A stretch of 62,747 nucleotides of DNA, counting the filler, from Folioceros fuciformis (taxonomy: Eukaryota), in assembly GCA_049999805.1 (NCBI GenBank). It is 8 parts of 8 records of this genome, joined end to end, with 100 filler letters (N's around TTAATTAATTAA, not from the genome) between each part and the next. Parts side by side here need not be neighbours in the genome. Positions count along the whole stretch, not along the records: positions 56,922 to 62,747 come from JBNGIO010001548.1; 7 more parts are not named here. One strand, written 5' to 3'. Positions 61,723 through 62,747 of this stretch are shown here, in pieces (position 1 is the stretch's first letter; the number at the start of each line of letters is the position of its first letter). The translations under genes and the position numbers were made by a program. A model generated the notes under the pieces. The model worked only from the letters and a program-made list of their open reading frames with translations, was not told the DNA's origin and did no database searches.

Positions 61723-62747
61723 TGTGGAGCGATTCTTGCAACTAAGAACCACTAAAAAGGCCGCATTAACCCTTATTGTCGTTGCAGTCCTAAGATCCAC
61801 TCCCAAGGGAGTGAACTAGTGTTCAGGCAGTCTACTATGCTTCCCTAATGCACTAACGTGGTCCTATCTATTCGCACTCATCTAACCCTAATAGGGCTAC
61901 ATCGTTTAGGTCAGACCCCATAGCTTTATTCCTAATGCTAGCCACCTCTACAACTGAAAAGAAACTCTAGCATCATCTCCGGCCTCCACGCTCAACTCCA
62001 AGTACCAACCAGCTCAGCAGCCAAAAGGAGACTCCAGCCCAGGCCCGGCCTCCAACTCTCACCTCCATATCCTAGCCATCTCAGCATCTGAAAGGAGGCT
62101 TCAGCACCAAGTTCAGTCTCCACTCTCAACCCCAAGCACCGACCACCTCTGCAGCTGAAGGGAGACTCCAACACCACCCGGCCTCCAACTCTCAACCCCA
62201 AGTACCAGCCACCTCAGCAGTTGAACGAGAACCTCAACCTCAACTCCAGCCTCTCACCTCAACTTCAGCACCTCCAGCTCCAGCACTCCAGCTCCTCACT
62301 TCAGCTTCAGCACCTCATTCCAGCTCTTCAGCCCCTCACTTCAACTTGAAGTCCCAAAATCTGCAGCTCAACCCTTCACTCCTGGAATTTGGGACACAAC
62401 CTCCCCTCTTGCAGCCTTGAAGGCAGAGGTGTGAGGACTAGTGCTGGATAGCCGCCTTGGCTCACAGCCCTGCAACCTCACCTCAGCCAGCATGCAAAAA
62501 AGGTCAGCCACTGTGGATGCAGCCATACGGATCTCGGTAGTCTAGGGATCCACCACGTTCCCCTAGTGGCAAGGGGGATCAAGCCCCTGGTTCAATCTCA
62601 CATTGGATCAGCACTCTAACCTGGCAGCCTGCACACAAGGGATAAGGGGAATCACACCGTAAGACTACCCCCTCCTTAATGACAGGCCTGGCCTCGTATA
62701 CTACCTTGGCCCAGAACCCCCCTATACTACCTTGGCCCAGAACCCCC
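61723..62747 (-). mobile_element. Second, diverged LTR of the same gypsy family (solo or 3' LTR), running off the window
   Basis: Colinear similarity to 60587-61470 (TGTGGAG...AAGAACCACTAA, GGGAGTGAACTAGTG, CCACGTTCCCCTAGTGGCA, CTTAATGACA.GCCTGGCCTC); no adjacent PBS. Confidence 0.85.

Overview
Eukaryotic nuclear DNA from a land plant with a compact genome. Introns are mostly about 70-180 nt, and flagellar/centriolar genes are retained, which points to a motile-sperm lineage such as a hornwort, other bryophyte or lycophyte (inference). The window consists of eight contigs joined by an artificial 100-nt spacer (N44-TTAATTAATTAA-N44). The gene-dense left part (1-40.4 kb) holds, in order: DET1 with a very large disordered insert, an enkurin-domain gene head-to-head with a CCDC57-like centriolar gene, a MAKR-like gene, a 1232-aa intronless U-box/ARM E3 ligase with tandem SGP-phi motifs, a small 2-TM ORF, a stand-alone Arc1p/EMAPII-type tRNA-binding protein, an F-box/Kelch gene, kinesin-14 KCA/KAC, MED19 preceded by a spliced 59-aa upstream ORF, and cytosolic glutamine synthetase. 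The ORF track misses both ciliary genes because of their short exons. The right part holds SPT16 among decayed DNA: a duplicated unknown pseudogene, Copia LTR/PBS/PPT pieces, a C-to-T-decayed RING-H2 pseudogene, three ends of one LTR-like family, and an Athila-type Ty3/gypsy element. The main candidates for novelty are (1) the divergent enkurin/CCDC57 pair sharing a promoter with five CCGTYA (MYB/MSA-like) boxes in 58 bp, (2) a possible bicistronic microprotein-MED19 transcript, and (3) a PUB ligase with a POLTERGEIST-like SGPL phospho-array. All identifications come from manual translation and recalled family motifs; no database searches were run.
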